Position numbers and translations under genes: made by a program
Notes under the pieces: model-generated
The model's input: only the letters and a program-made list of their open reading frames with translations
The model's database searches: none
What the model was told of the DNA's origin: nothing
Part shown: one piece after another, positions 16,682-30,594 of the stretch
Numbering within the stretch: position 1 is the first letter of the stretch
How the letters are laid out: every line of letters starts with the position of its first letter
NCBI RefSeq assembly: GCF_009914755.1
Contig: NC_060925.1
Length of the DNA: 64,000 nucleotides
Direction: 5' to 3' (one strand)
Source of the DNA: the human T2T-CHM13v2.0 reference genome, Homo sapiens

Positions 16682-16996
16682 TATTTGTTTGTTTGTTTGA
16701 GACAGGGTTTCACTTTGTTGTCCAGGCTGGAGTGCAGCGGCCTGATCATGGCTCACTGCAGCTTCACCTCCCAGGCTCAAGTGATCCTCCTACCTCAACC
16801 TCCCAAGTAGCTGGGACCACAGGAAGGCACCATCACACCAGGCTTTTTTTTTTCCTCCTTTTTTTCTTTTTTAAATCTTACGTAGAGACAGGGTCTCACT
16901 TTGTTGCTCAGGCTGGTCTCAAACTCTTGGGCTCAAGCCATCCTCCCACCTCAGCTTCCTGAAGTGTTGGGATTATAGGCACAAACCACCCTGCCC
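16682..16996 (-). mobile_element. AluJ
   Basis: Reverse Alu with AluJ diagnostics (ggctcaagccatcctcccacc). Confidence 0.9.
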
Positions 16997-17306
16997 AACA
17001 TTACTGAGGTTTAACAGGAAAAGTGTTCCTTGGTTCTCTGAAAGCACACATACCAAGGTATAACAGTGCTGTGTACACTCCTGTGGAAATTGCATGCAAG
17101 CCAACAACAACAAACCTCTTAGTTGGGTGGTATGCCCTCTAAAATGGCCTTCCAGGCTCCTGTGCTCCACACCATTGTGGAAAGAGAATTGCATTCTGTG
17201 GACGTACTTTTATCCACTAGAATGAACGCAAGCTCAGCAAAGTTTGGATTTTCATCTTTTTTTTTTTTTCTTTCTCCTGCTACTGCTGTCTAGTCAGCAC
17301 CTAGAA

Positions 17307-19060
17307 CAGGGGTCAGCAAATTGTGGCCTGCAAGCCAAATCCAGCTTGTGGATTTTTATTTTTTTTTATATGGCTCATGAGAGATAAATGTTTTTACATT
17401 TTTAAATGCTTGAAAAAAAATTTCTGTGACACATGACAACTCACACTTCAGTGGTTTTGTTAGCAGTGTGACATTGTGAAATACATATTTGGTCTTTGTC
17501 CCCTTTCCTGGAACACTCTTGGAATCTCCAAAGCGTTAAGTGTCTTTTTGTATGCTAATCAGTTGACTAATGACTGGATGGTAATTTCAGGATGGGGGCT
17601 GGTCACTGGAAAAACCAAGGCATGATTAGAAAGTTGGGACTTTCAGCCCCACCCATTCTGACATCTGGGGATGGGAGAGGGACTGAAGGTTGAGTTGATC
17701 ACCAATGATTTCATCAATCATGCCTAGGTAATGAAGTTCCTATAAAAATATCTGAAAGATTGGGTTTGTGGAGCTTCTGGATAGCAGAATGCATCTATGC
17801 GACAGGAGGGGGTACACTCCAGCTCTACTGGGATGGAAGTGCAGGTGCTCAGGACCTTTCCAGACCTCATCCTATGTAGACCTTCATTTGGCTGCTCCTT
17901 TGTATCCTTCAAAATATCCCTTTTAATAAACTGGTAAACTTAAGTGTTTCCCTAGGTTCTGTGAGCTGCTCGAGAAAATTAAACCCAAAGAAGGGTTCAT
18001 GGGAACCCTGATTTACAGTTTGTGAAAAGAACAGGTAAAACCACCCAGAGCTTGCAACTGACATTGGAGGTGTGGGTAGGGGGGAAGTCTTGTGGGACTG
18101 AGCCGTCACTTGTGGGATCTGATGCTATATTTTTTACAGGTGGTTAGACAGGCATGCGTGGAGCAGAAGAGGGCTATTCTCCCACCCACTAGGAATGTTG
18201 GGTGATGGTTCAACAATTATCACATTGCCTCTCTAAAAGTGATAAATTGGCAGCTGGGCACCAGGGATAGTTCACTTGTTGATGGTCCACATCTGTTGCA
18301 CTGAAGTGTTAACTGAATGCAGACACCAGGGAGATGCAACTTCCCAGGCATGCGTATTAAGAGACAAAATGGCGGAGTATGACCTTCAGGGGGCACACCA
18401 CTGGAAAGAGGAAGAGAGCCGCAGGCATGTGTACAACTTCCTAAACACACTGCGCATGCTCACCTCCCAAGGGTAAGGACACTGCATGGGGGCAGGCCAA
18501 CCTAAGGGAAGAATCATGGGAAAGGGGCCAGCCTAAAAGCCCTAGAATCAAAGTTAAACACGGCACTTGATGTTGGTGCCTGCTTGGGTCTCTTCCAAGT
18601 GTATTTTCTTTGCTTTCCTGTTCTAAAGACTTTTTAAATAAACTTCCACTGCTGCTCCGAAACTTGCCTCGGTCTCTTTTCTTGCCTTATGCCTGTTACT
18701 CAAATTCTTTCTCCTGAGGCGGCGAGAACTGAGGTTGTTGCAGACCGGTACAAATTCACTGCCAGTAACTCGGATATCTTCCATCAGTAACATCTCCAGG
18801 TAGATAGTGTATGAACTGAATTGAATTAGAGGACACCCAGCCAGTGTCCACTGCAGAATTGACTGGTTGTTGAGAGTATAAAAAAAGCACTTTCTCCTCT
18901 CTATCCTCAGCCATACTCATTTGTTTACATTTTCTCTAGGGCTGCTTTCACATACTACAATAGCAGAGTTAAGTAGTTGTGATGACGACTTTCTGGCCCA
19001 CAAAGCCTAAAATATTTACTATCTAGCTATTTACAGAAAAAATGTGCCGACTCCTATCCT
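17307..19060. mobile_element. MER58 hAT element split by MER21 LTR (17467-~18870)
   Basis: caggggtcagcaaattgtggcc at 17307 resumes as ..ggcccacaaagcctaaaatatttact..tttacagaaaaa at ~18990; MER21 sequence lies between. Confidence 0.7.
18131..18792 (+). mobile_element. ERV1 solo LTR (MER50-like) nested in MER21
   Basis: ttacaggtggttagacaggcatg...aataaa...cagtaaca; the MER21 gatgcta|tctccaggtagatagtgt junction is interrupted. Confidence 0.7.
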
Positions 19061-19097
19061 GGAAAAGAGACTACCACACAGTAAGCATTAAAATTGA

Positions 19098-19414
19098 TTT
19101 TTTTTTTTTTTTTTTTTGAGACGGAGTCTTGCTCTTTCGCCCAGGCCGGACTGCAGTGGCGCTATCTTGGCTCACTGCAAGCTCTGCCTCCCGGGTTCAC
19201 GCCATTCTCCTGTCTCAGTCTCCTGAGTAGCTGAGACTACAGGCGCCCGCCACCACGCCCGGCTAATTTTTTTTTTTTTTTTTTTTTTTTGTATTTTTAG
19301 TGGAGACGAGGTTTCACCGTTAGCCAGGATGGTCTCGATCTCCTGACCTCGTGATCGGCCTGCCTCGGCCTCCCAAAGTGCTGGGATTACAGGTGTGAGT
19401 CGCTGTGCCCGGCC
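19098..19414 (-). mobile_element. AluY (Yk-like diagnostics)
   Basis: ctttcgcccaggccggactgcagtggcgctatc; many CpGs retained; TSD TAAAATTGA. Confidence 0.92.
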
Positions 19415-19448
19415 TAAAATTGACTTTTTAATTAAAAAATTTTTAAAC

Positions 19449-19734
19449 TTTTTTTTTGAGACAATCTCACTCTATTATCCAGGCTAAAGTGCAGTGGCAT
19501 GATCTCAGCTCACTGAACCTCCGCCTCCCAGCCTGAAGCCATCCTCCCACCTCAGCCTTCCCGAAGTAGCTAGGATTACAGGTGTGCACCACCACCACAT
19601 CCAGCTAATTTTTTGTATTTTTTGTGGAGATGGGATTCTGCCATGTTGCCCAGGCTGGTCTCAAACTCCTGAGCTCAGTCTGCCCGTCTCGACCTACCGA
19701 AGTACTGGTATCACAGGGGCCACCATGCCTGGCC
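19449..19734 (-). mobile_element. AluJ
   Basis: Reverse Alu, diverged. Confidence 0.9.
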
Positions 19735-19932
19735 CACTAAAATTTTTATTGAAGGAATGAAACCACCATATTGCAAGTGGTTCAACAACTTTACTCATTC
19801 CTTCGGAATAACTGCTCATACCCATTACAAACTACTAGCTAAGGTATCAAAGAAGGGAGTGAACTGAATTATTAAGCTGCTTTTCCAATGAAGCTCACAC
19901 AAACAATTTTCTAGGATAAATCATTCTTTCAG

Positions 19933-20253
<321 letters not shown>

Positions 20254-20789
20254 TTAACGTCAACTGCTACCATGTTCGGGAACTTGAACTTAAAATTCAT
20301 GAGAAATTCTACCTACTTCCAGCCTGAGACCTCTTTCAGAATTTAGGCACTAGGAAGTTTGACTCTAAAACTGAACAAATTTGTGATTTGTTCTTTGAAG
20401 TAACAAATTAAAATCATACATGAATGGAAAAAGTTCTTGATTCTCATATTGAGAAGCTGTAATGATCTCTGGGAAAAAGAATAAATAAATAACTACCAGC
20501 ACTCAGATATCTGAGACTAAATCACCAAGAATGACTATGGACTTTGTACAGCATAATCTTAGAGATAAATATGGAGTGAAGAGGTTTACCATCTTCTTCA
20601 AAACGACACAATTTCTTAATGACAAAGTTGGGATTGAAATGTAAATCTCTAAACTCCCTATTCTTTGTCCCTATTTTAAGTTGACAACTGGAACAGATCA
20701 CTGATTTATAATCTATACTTCTCCAGCTTTCACTCCCATTACTTTGTCTTCCACTTTGAGTATAATAATCCTCATACTTTAAAATTTAA

Positions 20790-22075
20790 AAAATTTTTGA
20801 TAAACTTTTAATTTTGGAACAAGGTTTAGATGTACAGAAACATTGCAAAGGTAGGAGAGTTCCCATATACTCACACTCCACTTCTTCTGTTAACATCTTA
20901 TGTTGGTATGGTATGTGTGTTACAATCAATGAACCAATGTGGACACAATAATATCAAGTCCATACTTGATTCAGATTTGTTTTTATGTAATGTCTTTTTC
21001 TGCTTTAAAATCCCATCCAGTTATAGCACAGTAAAGTCTCCTTAGGCTCTTCATGGCTATGACAGATGCCCAGACTTTGTTTCTGATGACTTTTGACAAA
21101 ACTGTCACTGAGCACTGATGAGGTATTGAAGAACTAATTTGTGGTATTTAGTATCAGGTACTATAGTATAGTGGTCCCCAACCTTTTTAGCACCAGGGAC
21201 CAGTTTCGTGGAAGACAGTTTTTCCATAGACCAGACGTCTATGGAAACTCAATAATGACTTTAAAAATTAAGAATCTTCCAAGATTAACTGTGGAGAACT
21301 CTATTAGCTGAAACAATCAGAGGTGGGGTAGTGGTTTGGGAATGAAACTGTTCCATGTCAGTTCATCAGGCATTAGATACTCATAAAAAGCATGCAACCT
21401 AGATCCCTCACATGTGCAGTTCACAATAGGGACTATACTCCTATGAGAATCTAATGCCGCCACTGATCTGACAGGCGGCGGAGCTCAGGCAGTGATGCTC
21501 ACTTACCCACCACTCACCTCCTGCTGTTCGGCCTGGTTCCTAACAGGCCACGGACTGGTACCAGTCTGCAGCCTGGGGGTTGGAGACCCCTGCTATAGCA
21601 GGTTGTCTCTCAACAGGGATTCATCTGGTGTTTTTCTCAGGCTGGGGTTATGTGGTTATTTTTGGAAGAAAGATCAGAGTTAAAATGCCATTTTTCATTG
21701 CATCTTATCAAGAGTATATACTATCAACATGACTTACCACTTTGGATGTTGACCTTGATCACCTGGCCAAGGTAGTCTTTGTAAGGCTTCTCAATTTTAA
21801 ATTGACTCTTTTTTTCTCCTCTTCCATATTGTACTCTTTGGGAGGGAAGTCAATAAGCAGAGACCATACTGGAGTGGAAAGTTATGCTCCATCTCTTTGA
21901 TTTACCTACATAAATTATTTGGAATTCTTCATGGAAAATTTGTCTCTTCTCTATATATTTATTCAATCATTTGTTTATATCAACATGGATTCACATATTT
22001 ACTTTATACTTTGGGTTATAATTCCATGTTACTTCATTTCGTTGTTCAAATTGTTCCAGTTTTGGCCATGGGAGC
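20790..22075 (-). mobile_element. Old L1M 3' region interrupted by MER1B
   Basis: tttagatgtacagaaacattgcaaag..; gttgttcaaattgttccagttttggccatgggagct is typical of the L1MC/ME 3' UTR. Confidence 0.65.
21169..21592. mobile_element. MER1B hAT element carrying an extra internal insertion
   Basis: gtccccaacctttttagcaccagggacc...ggttggagacccctg; TSD CTATAGTA/CTATAGCA. Confidence 0.85.
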
Positions 22076-23246
22076 TACTCATACTTTAAAAATCTGCTTC
22101 CATTGGGCTTAGATGTTCCTTTGCCTCTTATAGCTTAATTCTCACACAAAAAAAAATCCTGAAAACTGCCTCTACTAGTCCTTAATCTCCCACTACTCTA
22201 TGTTTTTCCTGCATATACCTAAAGATTTTGTGTATTATGGTACTTACACCCAGTATACTTATCTGCTTCTCCCACTGAACAATAAGCTTCTTGAGGGTAG
22301 GGATCAAATCTTATTTATATCTATTCTTAGTACATAGTACATAGTTCCCTGCACAAAGGGGGAGCTCAACAAATATGTCTAGAATATCACTATGATTTTC
22401 TCTTCAGTCCAACAGTCCAGAAATGCCTAATACATTAACCAGAAGCCACATGTGGATTTGTTAGCTAACTGCTCTGAGAGGAACAACAAATTTCTACTGT
22501 CGGTAAAGTTTTAATGTTAGCCATGTAACATAATAGGCTCAAGATCTGAGGTAGCACCTCCTAATGTTTCATTTCTAAGTATGCAGACTTCTAATAACCC
22601 CAGTTTTATCTGCATAATTGTATTAAAGGCAATGACTAATTACTCTTATATTTAGGACCAGGGCTGGAGAGTTTCTAGGTCTGCTGACTTAGAGAACTGG
22701 TCCCCCAAAATAGCTCATGAACAGTTTGGTCATGAGTTTCCCAAGTGACTTACTGCTGGCTGAAGATTGTATAACCACCGAAGAAATAAATTTGCTGAGT
22801 TACACTCTTTGTTGTTCACAACTTATAAGACAATGACTTTAAAAATTCAGAATCTTCCAAGATTAAGAATTAAGATTGTGGTGAACTCTATAGCTGAAAC
22901 AAGCTTTTAGGTTGGATAATGCTGCAACCTCACTCCAAGTCTCCATAAACTCTTGACTGATCACCTTCCTAACTGCACTCTTGCCCCCATCTATCCATTC
23001 ACCATAAATCAGATTATGCCATCCCCTTTAGCCCCTCCCTTTAATGCTTTTATGACCAAATTCAAATTCTCAGTTACGTTCTAGAAGGCTCATTGTACTA
23101 GGCTCCTCCATTTCTTTCAATTCAGCCTATACTTCTCTCTTCATTGTTCAGGCTAATCTTTCTGAAGTTGTAGCACAGTCCCATATGTCTTTTGATATTT
23201 AATAGTTCAGTCTTCTTGTAAGAACTGTATAAAATTCTCCAATCTT

Positions 23247-23616
23247 GGCTGGGTGCAAGTACAGTACTTACGGAGGCCAAGGAGTTGCAGACCAGCATAG
23301 GCAACATAGCGAGACCCTGTCTCTACAAAAATAAACTGTGGTCTCAGGTACTTGGAAGGGTAAGGCAGAAGGACTGCTTGAGCCCCAAGGAGTTTATGAG
23401 CAGGGAGCTATGACTGTTACCACTGCACTGCAGCCCACGTAACAGTGCGAGAACCTGTCTCAAAAAAAATTCTTCAAGCTTGGGCTGGCATGGTGGTTTG
23501 CACCTGTAATCCCACCACTTTGGGAGGCTGAGGCAGGAGGACTGCTTGAGGACAGGAGTTCAAGATCAGCCCGGGCAACAGAGAGAGATCCCATCTCTAT
23601 TTAAAAAAGAAAAAAA
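23247..23616 (+). mobile_element. Diverged AluJ plus FLAM monomer
   Basis: Alu motifs at 23247-23469 and 23482-23616. Confidence 0.8.
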
Positions 23617-24525
23617 GTGTTCCATCTTAATGTCTGAGAAACCCCTACAAGTCCACTTAAGTAAAGATTAAATTGGAACATTTTGACAAGCCATACTGTT
23701 GAGTGAGGAGTTTTTGGTGTTAAAATGTATATTACCTTTAAGTTATTTAATAGTATGTTATTTTTGCAAGGAACAGTAATATTAGTTTGATCTTGACATC
23801 TCACAGACATGATCTCAAATTTAAAAATGGTATTTATAAGAAAAAATTAGAAAAAAACTTGAAGCACTGCCTTCTTTAAAAACGAAATTGCTTTGATAAC
23901 TAAATGTACCTTATTGTATTCTTACAAACATGTAGAAATTAAATGGCCCCACAATGTAGACGGTTAGAAATAAACATTAAAAAAGACCAAATAAAATAAG
24001 CACAATAATATGCTTCTACTTAAATGCATTCAGGAGGCATTAACTCTCTGCTTCGTATTTGGAAGATTTTCTACATTTGAATATTCTTTCTACATCTTTG
24101 CAAAAGGTCCTTTATTAATCTTGGAAACAATGTTCAACTAATATTGTTCTGGTGGGTGACCTGTAATTTTTGAACGATACTAGCTTTTCCTCTCAGAATT
24201 GAGTCTAAAAGTTTATCAGGTCTTAACTCACAGAATCAAGATACACTGCTCTTGATTTGAAAATGAAAAAAAAACTAAAAAAAACTAAAAAAAAAAAAAA
24301 AAAAAATTCACCTGACTTTGAGGAACTGGTTTGGTGGTAAAACCAGATCTTGCACTGATACAAAACTGTTTTTGGTTAATTAACCCCATGTAATGTGAAC
24401 ATTTATGCATTCTGCTACAGAAGTATTAATGTGTTTGATTAGGGACTACTGCTCTAGACTCTGTTAGAGGTTGTTACATAATATTCAGTATATATACTCT
24501 ATTAGTTTTCTAATACTTGTGTAGT

Positions 24526-24795
24526 CTTTGTTGCCCAGGCTGGAGTACAGTGGTGCAATCTTGGCTCACTGAAACCTCTGCTTCCTGGGCACAAGTGATT
24601 CTCCCATCTTGGCCTCCCAAGTAGCTGGGATTACAGGCGCCCGCCACCATGCCTGGCTAATTTTTGTATATTTAGTAGAGATGGGGTTTCACTATGTTGG
24701 CCAGGCTGGTCTCAAACTCCTGACCTCAAGTGATCCACCTGCCTTGGCCTCCCAAAGCACTGGGATTAACAGGCATGAGCCACCGTGCCTGGCCA
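24526..24795 (-). mobile_element. AluS
   Basis: Alu consensus. Confidence 0.92.
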
Positions 24796-24913
24796 TACTT
24801 GAAAATTTCTAAGTTCTATGATACATTTGGCCCCAAGTATTTCAGATAAGAAGATGTGAACCTGTAACAGGTTTCAGTAATCTTGAGTGGAAGAATACAT
24901 TGGGATATTCTGA

Positions 24914-25326
<413 letters not shown>

Positions 25327-25491
25327 CTTGTTTATAACTTTTAAAGCAACTCTTTACATTACTTTTGCTTGGCTTGCTGGTCTTCTTTCCTTTTACAATT
25401 TGAAAATAATTTATAAAAACCAACTAGATAATCTAAGTGACCATATGGCTTAGAAATTTGGATAACAGGGCTTTAAATCCTTTTCCTCTAA

Positions 25492-25692
25492 GTTAAGGGC
25501 TGTTGAACTATAGTCTGTGGGCCAAATCTGACCCTCTGCCTACTTCCCAGCCATGCACATTTGTTCACATGTGTCTGTGGCTGCTTTCCTGCTATACTGG
25601 CCAAACTGAATAGTTGTGCCACTGACCATATAACCTGCAAAACCGAAAATATATCCGGCCCTTTACAGAAAAAGTTTGCTGACTCCTGCTCC
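25492..25692. mobile_element. MER58A
   Basis: ggccctttacagaaaaagtttgctgactcctg terminus. Confidence 0.7.
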
Positions 25693-26154
25693 AAGACATT
25701 ACTCAGCCTAGGATGGTACTAAAAGCAATGGACTAGTTGGTTTGGTATACATTTAGGGCTTATGGTATGTTTTTGTAACATTTCAAAGGCAAAGACAGAG
25801 CTAGCTGTCAGAGACTAACATTCTCTTTCTGTTTAAATGTGGTCTCAATAGATCAAAATTTTAGATCTTAGCCAGATTCAGAGAGACTGGACAACATGGT
25901 ACTTGCTGATGATATAAATCTGGTCAGAGAATGAAGAAAGAATTTTATAAAGTAATCTTTCTATCTACCGTAAACAGTAAATTCACTGGCAGAAATCTAT
26001 GTACTTTATATTTTGTTTACATTGATATGTGTAATTCCCAAAGAGGTTGGGAAATACGAACTTTACAAATTATTCACTGTTACATTATAGTTCACATATG
26101 CTACTTCTTAAAAAGAGTTATCTCTTGCTGCATTTGACAAAAACTTTCCAAGCT

Positions 26155-26480
26155 CAACTGTGGCTCAATAAACTTTTATTGTTTTGTTATTTATTTTTAT
26201 TCAAAAGAATTTGTTTCCCTATCACAAAAATTAGATAACACCACCAAGAGCAGCAATGTCCATGGAGTTACATTGATGGTGGAGAGTTGGCTGGGTATTC
26301 CCAATGTCCCAAAGGTCATAAAGGAGGGAAAAGAAAAAAAGAAAAAAATATTCAAAACAAATCCAAAACCCATGATGACTTTGGGGAGAGACATCACATG
26401 ACATTTTCTGTTTCTTCTCTCATTGTCAGCTGCAGATGTATTTCAGCAGGATCAAGTACAATTTGACTTGAGTTAACCCT
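26155..26480 (-). other. COP1: COP1 3' UTR (cleavage position approximate)
   Basis: Unique sequence following the TGA at 26481-26483 and ending in a cluster of AATAAA hexamers. Confidence 0.85.
26175..26201 (-). terminator. COP1 polyadenylation signals (three AATAAA)
   Basis: Plus-strand TTTATT at 26175-26180, 26190-26195 and 26196-26201, about 280-300 nt after the stop codon. Confidence 0.8.
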
Positions 26481-26498
26481 TCATACCAATTCTAGCAC
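26481..26498 (-). CDS. COP1: COP1 (RFWD2) E3 ubiquitin ligase, last coding exon (VLELV*)
   Basis: Minus strand: pyrimidine tract ...cccaattAG|GTG CTA GAA TTG GTA TGA. Spliced to the upstream exon it gives [20 protein letters not shown], the recognised COP1 WD40 C-terminus. Confidence 0.96.
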   Translation of the reverse strand: MLELV

Positions 26499-28522
26499 CT
26501 AATTGGGGGGAAAAAAGGATCCATTTAATAAAATCATTTAAGATATAAAAGGAATTTAATGACTCTTTACTATATTTACCAATAGAAAAGCAAATTTAAA
26601 AAACGTTTCCCAACTGGGAAAATGCCAAAGAATTTGAATGGATTGGACATTAATCCTTTTTGACCTGCAGCTTAACAGCTGCATGAACTCTTTCAGATGA
26701 GCTATCTCCACAGTTAACTTGGGAGCCTTCAAGGTAAACTACATAAAACACATGGAAAAATAAATTGGCTAATGCATAGCACAAATACATTTTTGGAATA
26801 TATGTTGGAATCTTTCCACATTCTTATGAAAGTTTTAAGTATCCTTGTTTAGGATTTTAATCTGTTTTCTTCTTTCATCAATAAACACTGTTTATAATGA
26901 TCAAGGTTACAGGACCTAAAGTCTTGCTCTTTCCTGCTGCTTCATCCATTTCTAGCCAATCATCTAGCGTCCAGATACTTTGTATTTTTAGAATTAAAGT
27001 AGTATACTGTCATAAAAAAGTAAGTTGTGATATTGCTAAAACTAAGAGGAAGCAAATGGCTAAGAAAGATCACGGAACAGGAGGATAGTTATGAGACACT
27101 GTCAAAAAGAATTACATTAGATGGACACTACAACACTCACTAAGTAGCAAATATTTAAACGTGCAACCTTTCCCCTGCTGCTCAGCTAAGGCTTGACTAA
27201 TATATGTGCTTCCATAATGCTTTTGTCTTTATATTAGGTAACTAGGCTACTTAACATAAGAAGTCAATGATGCTGAACAAAATCTTAGATTTGTCAGTGG
27301 GATCCTATGAGAACCTATGTAGTTTTGAGCTCTTGTAGGTATGCTGGCAATCCCAATTGGTGTAAAGGATAAACTTTTTGAAGAGTAAGGTGTAGCTTTT
27401 CAATTCATGACTTGACATGAGAGTAAGAGAGAGACTGAGAGAGTATAGAAAGCCACTTAAATCAGATATTCCAAGACCTTCTACCATCTTGCTTGAGGCT
27501 TCCAGAACATAACAAACACTGATCAGTTAAAAAACCTCGTTTTCATTTAAGCTCTCAGTGGTTCTCTAAAGAGGCTTTTCAAACAGAGAAACTGGCTGCC
27601 TAAAAAAGGAGACTACCATGTAAATTAGTGCAGTTCTTCTGCGTTAAGTTTGCTCATTTCACCTCTGTAGAATGTTTAGGCTAGGATTTGCTGCCTTGGC
27701 TGATGGATTATTCTCCACTTATGATGAGTCTAAGGAAGCTATGGCAAAATTAATGCTAAGTGGCAGGAGAAACACACACGTTATGTTAAAAAACTTTCAA
27801 TATTTCTACCAAATCAGCAGAGAATATGTGGAAAAAACAGGTACTCTCAGAAACACGTACTCCACCAAAAGGGTGTTTTGTTTAGAAAGTTCACTGCTTA
27901 TCTCAGGATTTATTTATCCAATGTATCATGTACAAGTGCTATATATGCATCAATCAATTTTCTTTCCTTTTTTTATGGCTAGGCTTCCTTGAATCACATC
28001 TATCAATTTTCAACTGAACACTAAAATAACTTTTTCTCCCCTTTGACAACTGAGGAAAAACCTACTTCTTAGGGGACAGAAGAAAGAGAACCATGAGGAA
28101 GAGAATAAAATATGACCAAGATATGTTTAAATCTGGTGATGTCTAAGCATCTTCTGCTATATCTTGCATCTCCTGCTATATTTTGGGCTCTATCTACTGA
28201 AAGCCCTGTGGGAGAGTTGTACTGGCATAACAGAAGCTAAACTGTGCTTAGCCCACAGTGAATGTTCACTAGTCTTTATCTGTTTTTCAAACTGACCATC
28301 TATTAATCCATCCAGCATCCATACAACCTCAATAAGCACTATCATCTTCTCCACAGATGCAAGCTACCTATTCTTTTCCCTTAAATCAAGCCATTTGTAA
28401 GGAGACACAGACCCATGATTTGGGATGATCTCTAAGGCTCAGTACAATGGTGTATTTCCATAATCCTGTTTCAGTCTAAAAATGGGCCTGAGTTTAAAAT
28501 GGAGATATAGTAAATAGCTTAC

Positions 28523-28567
28523 CTTAATTGTACCCTGACTGTTAGCAGCAATCAGCACATTGGACTC
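28523..28567 (-). CDS. COP1: COP1 penultimate coding exon ([15 protein letters not shown]), 45 nt, phase 0-0
   Basis: tgttcttttctAG|GAGTCCAATGTGCTGATTGCTGCTAACAGTCAGGGTACAATTAAG|GTAAGC; canonical splice sites; the peptide matches the COP1 C-terminus. Confidence 0.96.
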
Positions 28568-28632
28568 CTAGAAAAGAACAAGAGCTTTTAAAGTATAGAG
28601 AAGGATTTCCTGGAGAGCAATCCAAGAGATAA

Positions 28633-29010
<378 letters not shown>

Positions 29011-30209
29011 TAACATGTTTTTAACTGTATTTTAAACTTAAGATCCCATATTTTGAAGTGTAAGTTTTAATAAAAGAATAAAGTTAGAAGCAGAGTAGGA
29101 CACTTTTGAATGTAAACAAAAATAAAAGGGAAAAAGATTGTCAATGGAAGAAAAGCCAAAAGAAACAAAGACTGAAATAAAATGAAAAAAAGAGTAAGTT
29201 GAGAAAAACAAAGTGAATAATTGCTTTCCCAGCACACTCCTTCTTCATTCATTTTCTCTCATAAAATACCAGTAATTGATGTAAAACCTGCCAACATCCT
29301 TGGCACAAATCTCTATGGATGGACATTTGGTATTAGGAAAACAAGAAAATGTGAATATTCATTTGGGAAAAAGGACTATCTTTCTTTTTAATTATTCTAT
29401 CATTCAGCACATGCATTTTTAATAACCTTGGTAATTACTTGGATGAGAATATATGTGGTGAAGTATTTTTCTATTCTAAGCCAAGGAAAAAACATTTCTC
29501 TGGAAAGTAGGAAGAGTGGGAAAAGAAATGGACATGACTGAGTTTACTAGAGAGAATCTCAGAAAGTAGGAAGAATGGAGACATGCCTCCTGTAGGAAAC
29601 TGGGCATCTAAAGGGCTCTGGAACTTGGATGTGTTGGAGTCTTTTGCTTTCCATGGTAGGCAGCTAAGAGGTGGTAAACAGACTTAAAATGTCATAGAGG
29701 TCAGGCCAGGTGGCAGAGAGAAAAACGAAGTCCAAATAACAGCTATGAGAAACAGATAAAGTGGTCTAATTTGAATGTAGGATAGGATCTACCTAAATAT
29801 CCTTCAGGCTTCATGACAAAGCAATAATAAGAACAAAGAAAACTCTTGGCTTGTATGTTAGAAAAGTTACTTCAGCTAAGCTGAGTTAAACTTTAGTTTC
29901 TTTGACATATGCAAGTTGCGCTTTACAAACTCATACATTTCCATTTTTAAATTTTCCCTTTCATTTCTAATAAAGCTGCTCTTCAGAAATGTGCATCTTG
30001 TTACTAATGGCATACAAGAAAATAATAATGTCTTCCACTATTCCAGAATTTTTAATGGAATCAGAATACTCTTTGGAATTAGTCAGCAGCATCAAAGATT
30101 ATAGGTGTATCAAGAAGAAATAAAGACATGTGGGCATGGGAATTGTTGATCTTTTCCTAGCTGAGGATTTTCCTTAAATTAGCAAATGTTCTTAAAAATA
30201 GTAACATGG

Positions 30210-30594
<385 letters not shown>

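Noticed and set aside
26197-26480. ORF in the COP1 3' UTR and possible readthrough after VLELV* (RVNSSQIVLDPAE...)
   Set aside because: The TGA matches the known COP1 C-terminus, and its context (TGA-AGG) is not the TGA-CTAG readthrough motif.
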